A DNA stretch of 64,000 nucleotides from Pseudomonadota bacterium (lineage in GTDB: Bacteria > Pseudomonadota > Gammaproteobacteria > Burkholderiales > Rhodocyclaceae), in the NCBI GenBank assembly GCA_041694935.1, contig JBGFRW010000021.1:22171-86170 (forward strand), in the 5' to 3' direction. Positions 1 to 6,850 of this stretch are shown here, one piece after another. Position 1 is the first letter of the stretch. Each line of letters opens with the position of its first letter. The notes beneath the pieces are model-generated. The model worked only from the letters and a program-made list of their open reading frames with translations, had not been told where the DNA came from and did no database searches. Made by a program: the position numbers and the translations under genes.

Positions 1-262
1 TGACACGGTGAAGGTCGGCGCCGCGTGCCAGGAAGAGTTCCATGAGCGGAATGTTGCCTTCCCAGGCGCCGATCATCAGGCCGGTGCCGATCAGCGCGCC
101 TTCGAAATTGGGGTCGAGCCCTTCGTCGAGCCAGGCACGCGCCTGGGGGAGATTGCCTACCTCCAGGATGACTGAAAAGCGCATCGCATCGGGCAACTCG
201 GCGCGGGCGGCCAGGGGGGAGAGGGCAAGGAACAGGCAGCAGGAGGCGATCAGGTGTTTCAT
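1..262 (-). CDS. Ankyrin-repeat protein, N-terminal part (gene continues beyond window start)
   Basis: Reverse-strand ATG at 262..260. My translation MKHLIASCCLFLALSPLAARAELPDAMRFSVILEVGNLPQARAWLDEGLDPNFEGALIGTGLMIGAWEGNIPLMELFLARGADLH is nearly identical to the first ~87 aa of the 380..1132 ORF. Not in the ORF track because it is truncated by the window edge. Confidence 0.7.
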   Translation of the reverse strand, partial: MKHLIASCCLFLALSPLAARAELPDAMRFSVILEVGNLPQARAWLDEGLDPNFEGALIGTGLMIGAWEGNIPLMELFLARGADLHRV

Positions 263-379
263 GGGGGATGCGCGGCGACAGAACAGGCGCGCAGTCTACC
301 CGTCCTGCGGCAGCATTGCCCCGTCACAGGGTAGGACGCGTTGCATTACGCCTATCGTGAGGCCGGAACGGACTGGTGT

Positions 380-1132
380 TTATGGCGAGTTTTGCCATTC
401 ATCTGGTATTGCGCTGTCCGGGGACGGCAGCGAACGGATGGGCGGTGATGAGACGGTGGCTGCCTGGCGCGCCAGTTCGGCGAAGTTTTCCGCGCTGGTA
501 AATGTTTTGGCAATGTCATGATTGCCCTGGCGCATCGCCCAGATAACGGCATCGTCACCGAGGTCGTTCTTCAGTACAGGATTGGCACCCGCTGCGAGCA
601 GGCGCTTGGCCACCTCAGCATGCCCTTCGCGGGCGGCCATCATCACTACCGTCGAGCCGTTCGTTGAGCGGGCATTGACGTTGGCACCTGCGGCCAGCAG
701 TACATCGACCACAGCGGCGTTGCCGACGAAGGTCGCGTAGTGCAGCGCGGTCCATTCGCGATCCTTATCACGGTTTGGTCGAGCTCCCTTGTCGAGCAGC
801 CAGCGCACTGCGGCTTCGTGGTTCTGCCAGGCGGCGAGCATCAGGGCGGTCTCGCCGAAGCGATTGGCGCGGTGGAGGTCGGCGCCGCGTGCCAGGAAGA
901 GTTCCATAAGCGGAATGTCATCTTCCCAGGCGCCGATCATCAATCCGGTGCCGATCAGCGCACCCTCGAAATTGGGATCGAGGCCCTCATCGAGCCAGGC
1001 ACGCGCCAGTGCGACATTGCCCACCTCCAGTTTTACGGAAAAGCGCACCGCGTCCGGCACCTGCACTTGGGCACAGCCTGCGAGCAAGGCGAAGCCGAGG
1101 ATCATGCAACAGCAAACGATCAGGCGTTTCAT
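380..1132 (-). CDS. Ankyrin-repeat lipoprotein/secreted protein
   Basis: 250-aa ORF with a lipobox-like signal (FALLAGC). Several ANK repeat signatures, e.g. FGETALMLAAWQNHEAAVRWLLDKGARPN, EWTALHYATFVGNAAVVDVLLAAGANVN, NGSTVVMMAAREGHAEVAKRLLAAGANP. Confidence 0.85.
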   Translation of the reverse strand: MKRLIVCCCMILGFALLAGCAQVQVPDAVRFSVKLEVGNVALARAWLDEGLDPNFEGALIGTGLMIGAWEDDIPLMELFLARGADLHRANRFGETALMLAAWQNHEAAVRWLLDKGARPNRDKDREWTALHYATFVGNAAVVDVLLAAGANVNARSTNGSTVVMMAAREGHAEVAKRLLAAGANPVLKNDLGDDAVIWAMRQGNHDIAKTFTSAENFAELARQAATVSSPPIRSLPSPDSAIPDEWQNSP

Positions 1133-1201
1133 AGTTGTTGCGATGAGAGGAGGACCAGAGACACTTACAGTCTAGACGCCATGCGGTAGCATTGCCTCAT
1201 C

Positions 1202-1777
1202 ATGGGATTGATCGCGTTGCGTTCCGGCTATCCGGGCGGCCGGCTCGGGTCGGCGCTCGCGATCAGCCTTGCCCTGCATCTGGCGCTGCTCTTTCCCCCG
1301 GGATGGCAGACTCCACCGTCCAAACCGGAGCCGCCGCCGCCGCTCCAGGCCACGCTGGCGATGCCCGAACAGACGAGCATCTTGGCCACCCAACCGGATG
1401 CCGAGCCGCCACCGGTCGCCGCGGCACCAGCCGAAACCCGAAAGTTGCCGGTGAAGGAGGAAGGTGCCGTCCCGCCGGCGCCGACTTTTCGCCCGCAGCC
1501 GCCGCGCGAGTTGAAGGGGCGAGAATTGAATGCGGCGCTGGCGGCGTTGTCGCGCGAGGAGTTCTATCCGCGCGAGGCCATCGAACGTGGCATCGAGGGG
1601 CGTGTCGTGCTGCTGCTGACGCTGAGCGAGACGGGGAGAGTGGTCGGTGTCGAAGTGGCCGGGAGTTCAGGCCATGCGATTCTCGATGCGGCGGCGGTGA
1701 AGGCCGCCGGACGCATCGGCGTTTTGCCCAGCGGCGGGCGTCAGGCGCTGCTGCCAGTGGAGTTCAGGCTGGAATGA
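1202..1777 (+). CDS. TonB C-terminal-domain protein (short TonB-like energy transducer)
   Basis: 191-aa ORF with an N-terminal hydrophobic segment and a Pro-rich spacer (KPEPPPPLQ, EPPPVAAAP). This is followed by a TonB_C-like segment YPREAIERGIEGRVVLLLTLSETGRVVGVEVAGSSGHAILDAAAVKAA. Confidence 0.7.
   Translation: MGLIALRSGYPGGRLGSALAISLALHLALLFPPGWQTPPSKPEPPPPLQATLAMPEQTSILATQPDAEPPPVAAAPAETRKLPVKEEGAVPPAPTFRPQPPRELKGRELNAALAALSREEFYPREAIERGIEGRVVLLLTLSETGRVVGVEVAGSSGHAILDAAAVKAAGRIGVLPSGGRQALLPVEFRLE
1463..1490 (-). repeat. Dispersed repeat copy j (antisense within TonB-like gene; read as GAVPPAPTF)
   Basis: Reverse complement GAAAAGTCGGCGCCGGCGGGACGGCACC. Confidence 0.85.
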
Positions 1778-1787
1778 GCCAACTCGA

Positions 1788-2096
1788 ATGACTTCGGTCG
1801 AGATTCGCTTGCATGCCGATGCGCCGGAGAAGCCGGCCGTCGGTGCAGTGTGCAACGGCTGCGGCGTATGCTGCAGCATCGCGCCTTGCCCGCTTTCGCG
1901 TGCGCTGCTCGGCCACCGGCAAGGAACCTGTCCCGCGCTGGAGTGGGCGGGAGAACGTTACGTGTGCGGACTGGCGACCGCACCGGGCAAGCATCTGCGC
2001 TGGCTGCCGGGGCGGTTCGCGCCGCTTGCCGCGCGTCTGGCGCGGCGGTGGATTTCATCGGGCAGCGGCTGCGATTGCGATGCGACGGTCGGTTAG
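1788..2096 (+). CDS. YkgJ/UPF0153-like cysteine-cluster protein
   Basis: 102-aa ORF with a CNGCGVCCS (CxxCxxCC) cluster plus further Cys residues, typical of the putative Zn/Fe-chelating YkgJ family. Confidence 0.5.
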   Translation: MTSVEIRLHADAPEKPAVGAVCNGCGVCCSIAPCPLSRALLGHRQGTCPALEWAGERYVCGLATAPGKHLRWLPGRFAPLAARLARRWISSGSGCDCDATVG

Positions 2097-2100
2097 ATAG

Positions 2101-2526
2101 TCAGCAGGCCTTGCAGGCTTCCACCGGTAGCCGGCGGGCTAGCCAGCCGGGGCCGGCGCCGCTTCCGGCCATGCCTTCGCGCACGTATACCTGCGTGAAG
2201 CCCTGGGCCTTCAGGAAACGGTGTACCTGGGTCGTGCGGTTGCCGGTACGGCAGATCAGGGCGATCGGCGCCGTCCTGTCGCCGCCGACTTTGGCCAGCA
2301 CCTCGTTGAGGAAGCCGGCCGCGCCCTGCGGATGGATCATGTTGATGAGCGTCGAACCTTCGGCGACGCCGGTTTCCTTCCATTCCGGCGGCGTGCGAAT
2401 GTCGATCAAGGTGATCTTGCCGGAGCGCACGGCCTCGTAGGCTTCGGGTGCGCTCATTTCCTGCGCGTGCGCAGGCAGGGCGGAGAGCGCCATCGAGATG
2501 GCGAGAATGCGGGAGAAACGGAACAT
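2101..2526 (-). CDS. Periplasmic rhodanese-domain sulfurtransferase
   Basis: 141-aa ORF with a signal peptide (MFRFSRILAISMALSALPAHA) and a rhodanese active-site loop CRTGNRT preceded by ...DIRTPPEWKETG. Confidence 0.8.
   Translation of the reverse strand: MFRFSRILAISMALSALPAHAQEMSAPEAYEAVRSGKITLIDIRTPPEWKETGVAEGSTLINMIHPQGAAGFLNEVLAKVGGDRTAPIALICRTGNRTTQVHRFLKAQGFTQVYVREGMAGSGAGPGWLARRLPVEACKAC
2267..2292 (-). repeat. Repeat-like segment k (sense in rhodanese gene; AKVGGDRTAP)
   Basis: Reverse complement AAAGTCGGCGGCGACAGGACGGCGCC, which matches 23 of 26 positions of the consensus. Confidence 0.55.
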
Positions 2527-2591
2527 CGGTTGTCCTCTGTCGTGGTTTGGATCAGCGGTATTTTAACGTCCCGCTTGGTATAGTCCGGCCG

Positions 2592-3569
2592 ATGCTTGCC
2601 TACCTGATCCGTCGCCTGCTCTATGCCTTGCCGATCCTGATCGGGGTCAACGTCATTACCTTCGCGCTGTTCTTCGTCGTCAATACCCCGGATGACATGG
2701 CGCGCATGCAACTCGGCGTCAAGCGCGTCACCCCCGAGGCGATCGAGAAGTGGAAGGCCGAACGCGGCTACGACAAGCCGTTGTTCTGGAATGGCGACGC
2801 GGGCGGCACGGACAAGCTGACGCAGACGATTTTCTTTTCCAAGTCGGTGAAGATGTTTGCGCTCGACTTCGGCCGCGCCGACGACGGGCGCGACATCGCG
2901 CGCGAGCTCGCCACGCGCATGGGGCCGAGCCTCGCGGTAGCAGTGCCGGTGTTCGTCCTCGGCTTGTTCGCCGCGATCTCCTTCGCGCTGCTGCTCGTCT
3001 ACTTCCGTGCCACCTATCTCGATTTTGCCGGTGTAGTGCTGTGCGTGGCGATGATGTCGATCTCGAGCCTGTTCTACATCATCGGCGGCCAGTGGCTGGT
3101 TTCCAAGGTATGGCACCTGGTGCCGATCTCGGGCTATGCGGAAGGGCTATCCGCCGCGAAGTTCATCGTCCTGCCGGTGGTCGTCGCGGTGCTCGCCGGC
3201 ATCGGATCCTCGGCGCGCTGGTATCGCACCATCTTTCTCGAGGAGTACACGCGCGACTACGTGCGCACCGCGCGTGCCAAGGGCCTTTCAGAAAGTCTGG
3301 TGCTGTTTCGGCACGTTCTGCGGAACGCACTGATCCCTATCCTCACCGGCGCGGTGGTGGTGATCCCGACGCTGTTCATGGGCAGTCTGCTGATCGAGGC
3401 GTTCTTCGGGATCCCTGGGCTCGGCAGCTACACCATCGACGCGATCAACGCCCAGGATTTCGCCGTGGTGCGCGCGATGGTGTTCATCGGCAGTGCGCTC
3501 TACATCGTCGGTCTGCTGCTGACCGACATCTCCTATACCCTTGCCGACCCCCGGATCAGGTTGCAGTGA
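2592..3569 (+). CDS. ABC transporter permease, Opp/Dpp/YejB family
   Basis: Start chosen at MLAYLIRRLLYALPILIGVNVITF, the typical N-terminus of this family. The upstream part of the 2448 ORF overlaps the rhodanese gene. The C-terminus ...DISYTLADPRIRLQ is family-typical. Confidence 0.85.
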   Translation: MLAYLIRRLLYALPILIGVNVITFALFFVVNTPDDMARMQLGVKRVTPEAIEKWKAERGYDKPLFWNGDAGGTDKLTQTIFFSKSVKMFALDFGRADDGRDIARELATRMGPSLAVAVPVFVLGLFAAISFALLLVYFRATYLDFAGVVLCVAMMSISSLFYIIGGQWLVSKVWHLVPISGYAEGLSAAKFIVLPVVVAVLAGIGSSARWYRTIFLEEYTRDYVRTARAKGLSESLVLFRHVLRNALIPILTGAVVVIPTLFMGSLLIEAFFGIPGLGSYTIDAINAQDFAVVRAMVFIGSALYIVGLLLTDISYTLADPRIRLQ

Positions 3570-4906
3570 TGGCATTCAAATTCGTCCTGCTTTGGTCCGA
3601 TGCATTGTTCTTCCTGCTGCTGGCGGGGGCTGTGATTGGCGGCATCTGGGCAAGCCGCGTCGAGCACTTGCGTGCTTCCTGGCGCAAGGTGGGTGAAAAC
3701 CGTGTTGGCATGGCGGCCGCGACGCTGCTTGCCGCCTTCGTCAGCATTGCCGTGCTCGATTCGGTGCACTACCGGGAGCGGCTGCCGGGCGAACAGGAGA
3801 GCTATGCGGTCGAGGTGCGCTCGGCCCTCGATGCGCTGCTCACCGGCCTGCGCACGCGTACAGAGAAGACCTACTCGGCGCCGATCGCGACGCATTCCTT
3901 CGCCAAGGAATCGATGGATGGAGAAGGCAGGGATTTCCCGCGCCTCAAGCATGGCGGCGCGCATCTCGGCGCGGATATTTCAGCTCAGGGAGAGGATGTT
4001 GCGGCCCGTACCGTGCAGGGGTTGGGCATGGGTGTGATTGTTTGGTTGCTGTTCTGGCTGGTGAGTGCCCCCTTGCGCCGCACCGCGCCCAGCCTCGCTT
4101 GGAACGCCGCACTCGTCACGCTGCTGCTGCTATGCCTGGCTGCCGGTGCGGTCGGCGTGCTGGCGCAGGGCTATCACGTGCTCGGTACGGACAAGGTCGG
4201 CCAGGACGTGCTGTATTTGACGCTGAAGAGCATCCGTACCGGCCTGCTGATCGGCACGCTCACGACGCTGATCATGCTGCCGGCGGCCGTGTTTCTGGGG
4301 TTGTTGGCAGGCTACGCGGGCGGTTGGATCGACGACGTGATCCAGTATCTCTACACCACGCTCAACTCGATTCCGGGCGTGCTCCTGATCGCGGCGGCGG
4401 TGTTGATGATGCAAGTGGTGATCGATACCCATCCCGAGTGGTTTGCTACCAGCGCCGAGCGCGCCGACGCGCGGCTCCTGGCGCTATGCGCGATTCTTGG
4501 CATCACCAGCTGGACAGGTCTGTGCCGTCTGTTGCGCGGCGAAACCCTGAAGTTGCGCGAGCTCGAATACGTGCAGGCTGCCCGGGGGCTCGGCGTCTCG
4601 GGGGCGCGCATCCTCTGGCGCCACATCCTGCCCAACGTGATGCACATCGTGATGATCGCGATCGTGATGGACTTCTCGGGATTGGTGCTCGCCGAGGCGG
4701 TGCTGTCCTACGTCGGCATCGGCGTCGATCCGAACACCATCAGCTTCGGCACCATGATCAACACCGCGCGCATGGAACTGGCGCGTGAGCCGATGGTGTG
4801 GTGGTCGCTCGCAGCTGCCTTCGCCTTCATGTTCGCGCTGGTTCTGGCGGCAAACCTGTTCGCTGACGTCGTTCGCGACGCTTTCGATCCGAGGATGGTC
4901 AAGTGA
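3569..4906 (+). CDS. ABC transporter permease, OppC/DppC/YejE family, with ~200-aa N-terminal extension
   Basis: ATG at 3569 overlaps the upstream TGA (GTGATG). The canonical GTDKVGQDVLY motif and the BPD_transp core come only after ~200 aa carrying extra hydrophobic segments. The long 2750 ORF is an in-frame upstream artefact. Confidence 0.8.
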   Translation: MAFKFVLLWSDALFFLLLAGAVIGGIWASRVEHLRASWRKVGENRVGMAAATLLAAFVSIAVLDSVHYRERLPGEQESYAVEVRSALDALLTGLRTRTEKTYSAPIATHSFAKESMDGEGRDFPRLKHGGAHLGADISAQGEDVAARTVQGLGMGVIVWLLFWLVSAPLRRTAPSLAWNAALVTLLLLCLAAGAVGVLAQGYHVLGTDKVGQDVLYLTLKSIRTGLLIGTLTTLIMLPAAVFLGLLAGYAGGWIDDVIQYLYTTLNSIPGVLLIAAAVLMMQVVIDTHPEWFATSAERADARLLALCAILGITSWTGLCRLLRGETLKLRELEYVQAARGLGVSGARILWRHILPNVMHIVMIAIVMDFSGLVLAEAVLSYVGIGVDPNTISFGTMINTARMELAREPMVWWSLAAAFAFMFALVLAANLFADVVRDAFDPRMVK

Positions 4907-6840
4907 GCCTATTGTCCGTCCGCGACCTGTCGGTTCAGATCGGTACCGCGAACCCCGTCGATGGGGTGAGCTTCGAGATCGCGCCGGGCGAGACCTTTGC
5001 GCTGCTCGGCGAATCAGGTTGCGGCAAGTCGATGACGGCATTGGCGCTGATGCGCCTCCTGCCGTCTGCTGCGCGCATCGCGGGGGGGCGGATCGAGTTC
5101 GAGGGAAAGGACCTGTGCGCCCTGACCGAAGCAGAAATGCGTCCCGTCCGCGGCGGCAGGATCGGCATGATCTTCCAGGAGCCGGCGACCAGTCTCAATC
5201 CGGTGCTGACTGTCGGTGAGCAGATTGCCGAAGCCTTGCGCCTTCACGGTGCTGCGGCGCGAGAGGAGCGCATTGTCGAACTCCTGGCGCAGGTGGGCAT
5301 TCCCGACCCGGCGCGGCGCGCGCACGAATTCCCGTTCCAGATGTCCGGTGGCATGAAGCAGCGCGCGATGATCGCGATGACGCTCGCCGGAGAACCGGAA
5401 CTGCTGATCGCCGATGAGCCGACGACCGCGCTCGACGTGACGATCCAGGCGCAGGTCCTCGCGCTGCTTCGCGACCTGCAGCGGCAGCGAGGCATGGCGT
5501 TGCTGCTTATCACGCACGACCTCGGCGTGGTGGCCAAAATGGCCGACCGCGTCGGCATCATGTACGCCGGCCAGCTCGTCGAGGTTGCGCCGCGTGAGGC
5601 CTTCTTCGCGGCGCCGGGGCATCCCTATGCGCGGCGCTTGTTCGCCTCGTTGCCCGAAGCCGCTTCGCGTCGGCAGCGGCTCGCCACGATTCCAGGCAGC
5701 GTGCCGCCGCTTGGTACGCGCTTCGCCGGCTGTCGCTTTGTCGAGCGCTGCGCCGAGGCGCTGCCGATCTGCCGCACCCAGTCCCCACCTTGGCGCACCT
5801 ATGCGGCAGGCCAGACGGTGCGCTGCCATCTGGAAGAAAGCCCCTTCCACCTCCAGTCCCGCCCTCTCGGGCGGGGAGACTTTGTGCTCGCTACGCCCGT
5901 CGAAAAAGTCGGCGCTGGCGGGACGGCGCCGCTGCTCGAGGCCGAAGGTCTCAAGGTGCACTTTCCGATCCGGCAGGGGATTTTCCAGCGCACGGTCGGC
6001 CATGTGCGTGCCGTCGATGGTATCGACCTGCGTTTGACGGCCGGCCGTACGCTTGCACTGGTGGGTGAATCGGGCTGCGGCAAGACGACCGTCGGCAAGG
6101 CAATCCTCGGCCTGCAACTGCCGACCGACGGAACTGTGCGCCTTGGCGGCGAACGGCTGGCGGGACTGATGCCGTCGCGCATGCAGATGGTGTTCCAGGA
6201 TCCGTTCGGCTCGCTGAATCCGCGCATGCGGGTTGGCGAGATCGTCGCCGAGGGCGATCGCACGGCGGATGTCATTGAGTTGCTCGAGCAGGTTGGACTG
6301 TCCGCCGAAATGGCCGGCCGCTATCCGCACGAGTTTTCGGGCGGCCAGCGCCAGCGCATCGCCATCGCGCGCTCACTCGCACCGCACCCGCAAATTCTGA
6401 TCTGCGACGAACCGACCAGCGCGCTCGACGTCTCGGTGCAGGCGCAGATACTCAACCTGCTTTCCGATTTGCAGGAGGGGCTGGGGCTTGCCTACCTGTT
6501 CATCACGCACAACATCGCAGTGGTGGATTACCTCGCGCACGAGGTGGCGGTGATGTATCTGGGCCGCATCGTCGAGCGCGGCTCGGCCGACGAAGTGCTG
6601 CGCTCGCCATGCCATCCCTACACCCAGGCGCTGCTCGCGGCGGTGCCGAAGATCGACGGCAGCGGGACGGAACGCCTGCTGGTGCCGGGCGATCCGCCTT
6701 CGCCGGCTGCGCCGCCGGCGGGGTGTCATTTCCATCCGCGCTGCCCGCGTGCGCAAGCGCGCTGCCGCGAAGCATATCCCGAGGTAGCGGCAATCACGGC
6801 GACGCATGCCGTGAACTGCTTTTTCGCCGGCAGGGAGTGA
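4903..6840 (+). CDS. ABC transporter ATP-binding protein with duplicated ATPase domains (YejF-like)
   Basis: 645 aa with two Walker A motifs (GESGCGKS twice) and two signature motifs ([16 protein letters not shown]). The GTG start overlaps the permease stop. Confidence 0.9.
   Translation: MSLLSVRDLSVQIGTANPVDGVSFEIAPGETFALLGESGCGKSMTALALMRLLPSAARIAGGRIEFEGKDLCALTEAEMRPVRGGRIGMIFQEPATSLNPVLTVGEQIAEALRLHGAAAREERIVELLAQVGIPDPARRAHEFPFQMSGGMKQRAMIAMTLAGEPELLIADEPTTALDVTIQAQVLALLRDLQRQRGMALLLITHDLGVVAKMADRVGIMYAGQLVEVAPREAFFAAPGHPYARRLFASLPEAASRRQRLATIPGSVPPLGTRFAGCRFVERCAEALPICRTQSPPWRTYAAGQTVRCHLEESPFHLQSRPLGRGDFVLATPVEKVGAGGTAPLLEAEGLKVHFPIRQGIFQRTVGHVRAVDGIDLRLTAGRTLALVGESGCGKTTVGKAILGLQLPTDGTVRLGGERLAGLMPSRMQMVFQDPFGSLNPRMRVGEIVAEGDRTADVIELLEQVGLSAEMAGRYPHEFSGGQRQRIAIARSLAPHPQILICDEPTSALDVSVQAQILNLLSDLQEGLGLAYLFITHNIAVVDYLAHEVAVMYLGRIVERGSADEVLRSPCHPYTQALLAAVPKIDGSGTERLLVPGDPPSPAAPPAGCHFHPRCPRAQARCREAYPEVAAITATHAVNCFFAGRE
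5902..5930 (+). repeat. Dispersed repeat copy a (sense, in yejF-like ATPase; [10 protein letters not shown])
   Basis: GAAAAAGTCGGCGCTGGCGGGACGGCGCC. Confidence 0.85.
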
Positions 6841-6850
6841 AGCTGCGCCC

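Noticed and set aside
14-40. GTCGGCGCC/GGCGCCGAC 9-mers in the ankyrin genes (14-40, 878-905) and elsewhere as extra copies of the dispersed repeat.
   Set aside because: Only the 9-12 nt core matches. It is simply the codon string for G-A-D (ankyrin GADxN motif) or V-G-A in a GC-rich genome. There is no A-rich 5' part and no second half-site.
5902-5912. The idea that GAAAAAG plus the downstream GC hairpin in the repeat is a programmed -1 frameshift cassette (dnaX-like A AAA AAG).
   Set aside because: - In the frame actually used (GAA AAA GTC) the heptamer is out of register for tandem slippage, and there are only five A.
- Host proteins continue in the zero frame with conserved downstream domains.
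5014-6330. Long antisense or overlapping ORFs opposite well-supported genes. Examples are 5014..6330(-), 18088..19356(-), 19329..20609(-), 21230..22492(-), 31661..33373(-), 41340..42629(-), 44478..45734(-), 61409..62458(-) and 62692..63684(-).
   Set aside because: - They lie antisense to genes with unmistakable conserved motifs (ABC ATPase, ispG, hisS, bamB, leuC, trpB, folC, rpsR/rplI, dnaB).
- Their translations are Arg/Ala/Gly/Pro-rich low-complexity strings with no motifs.
- This is the typical shadow-ORF pattern of high-GC DNA.
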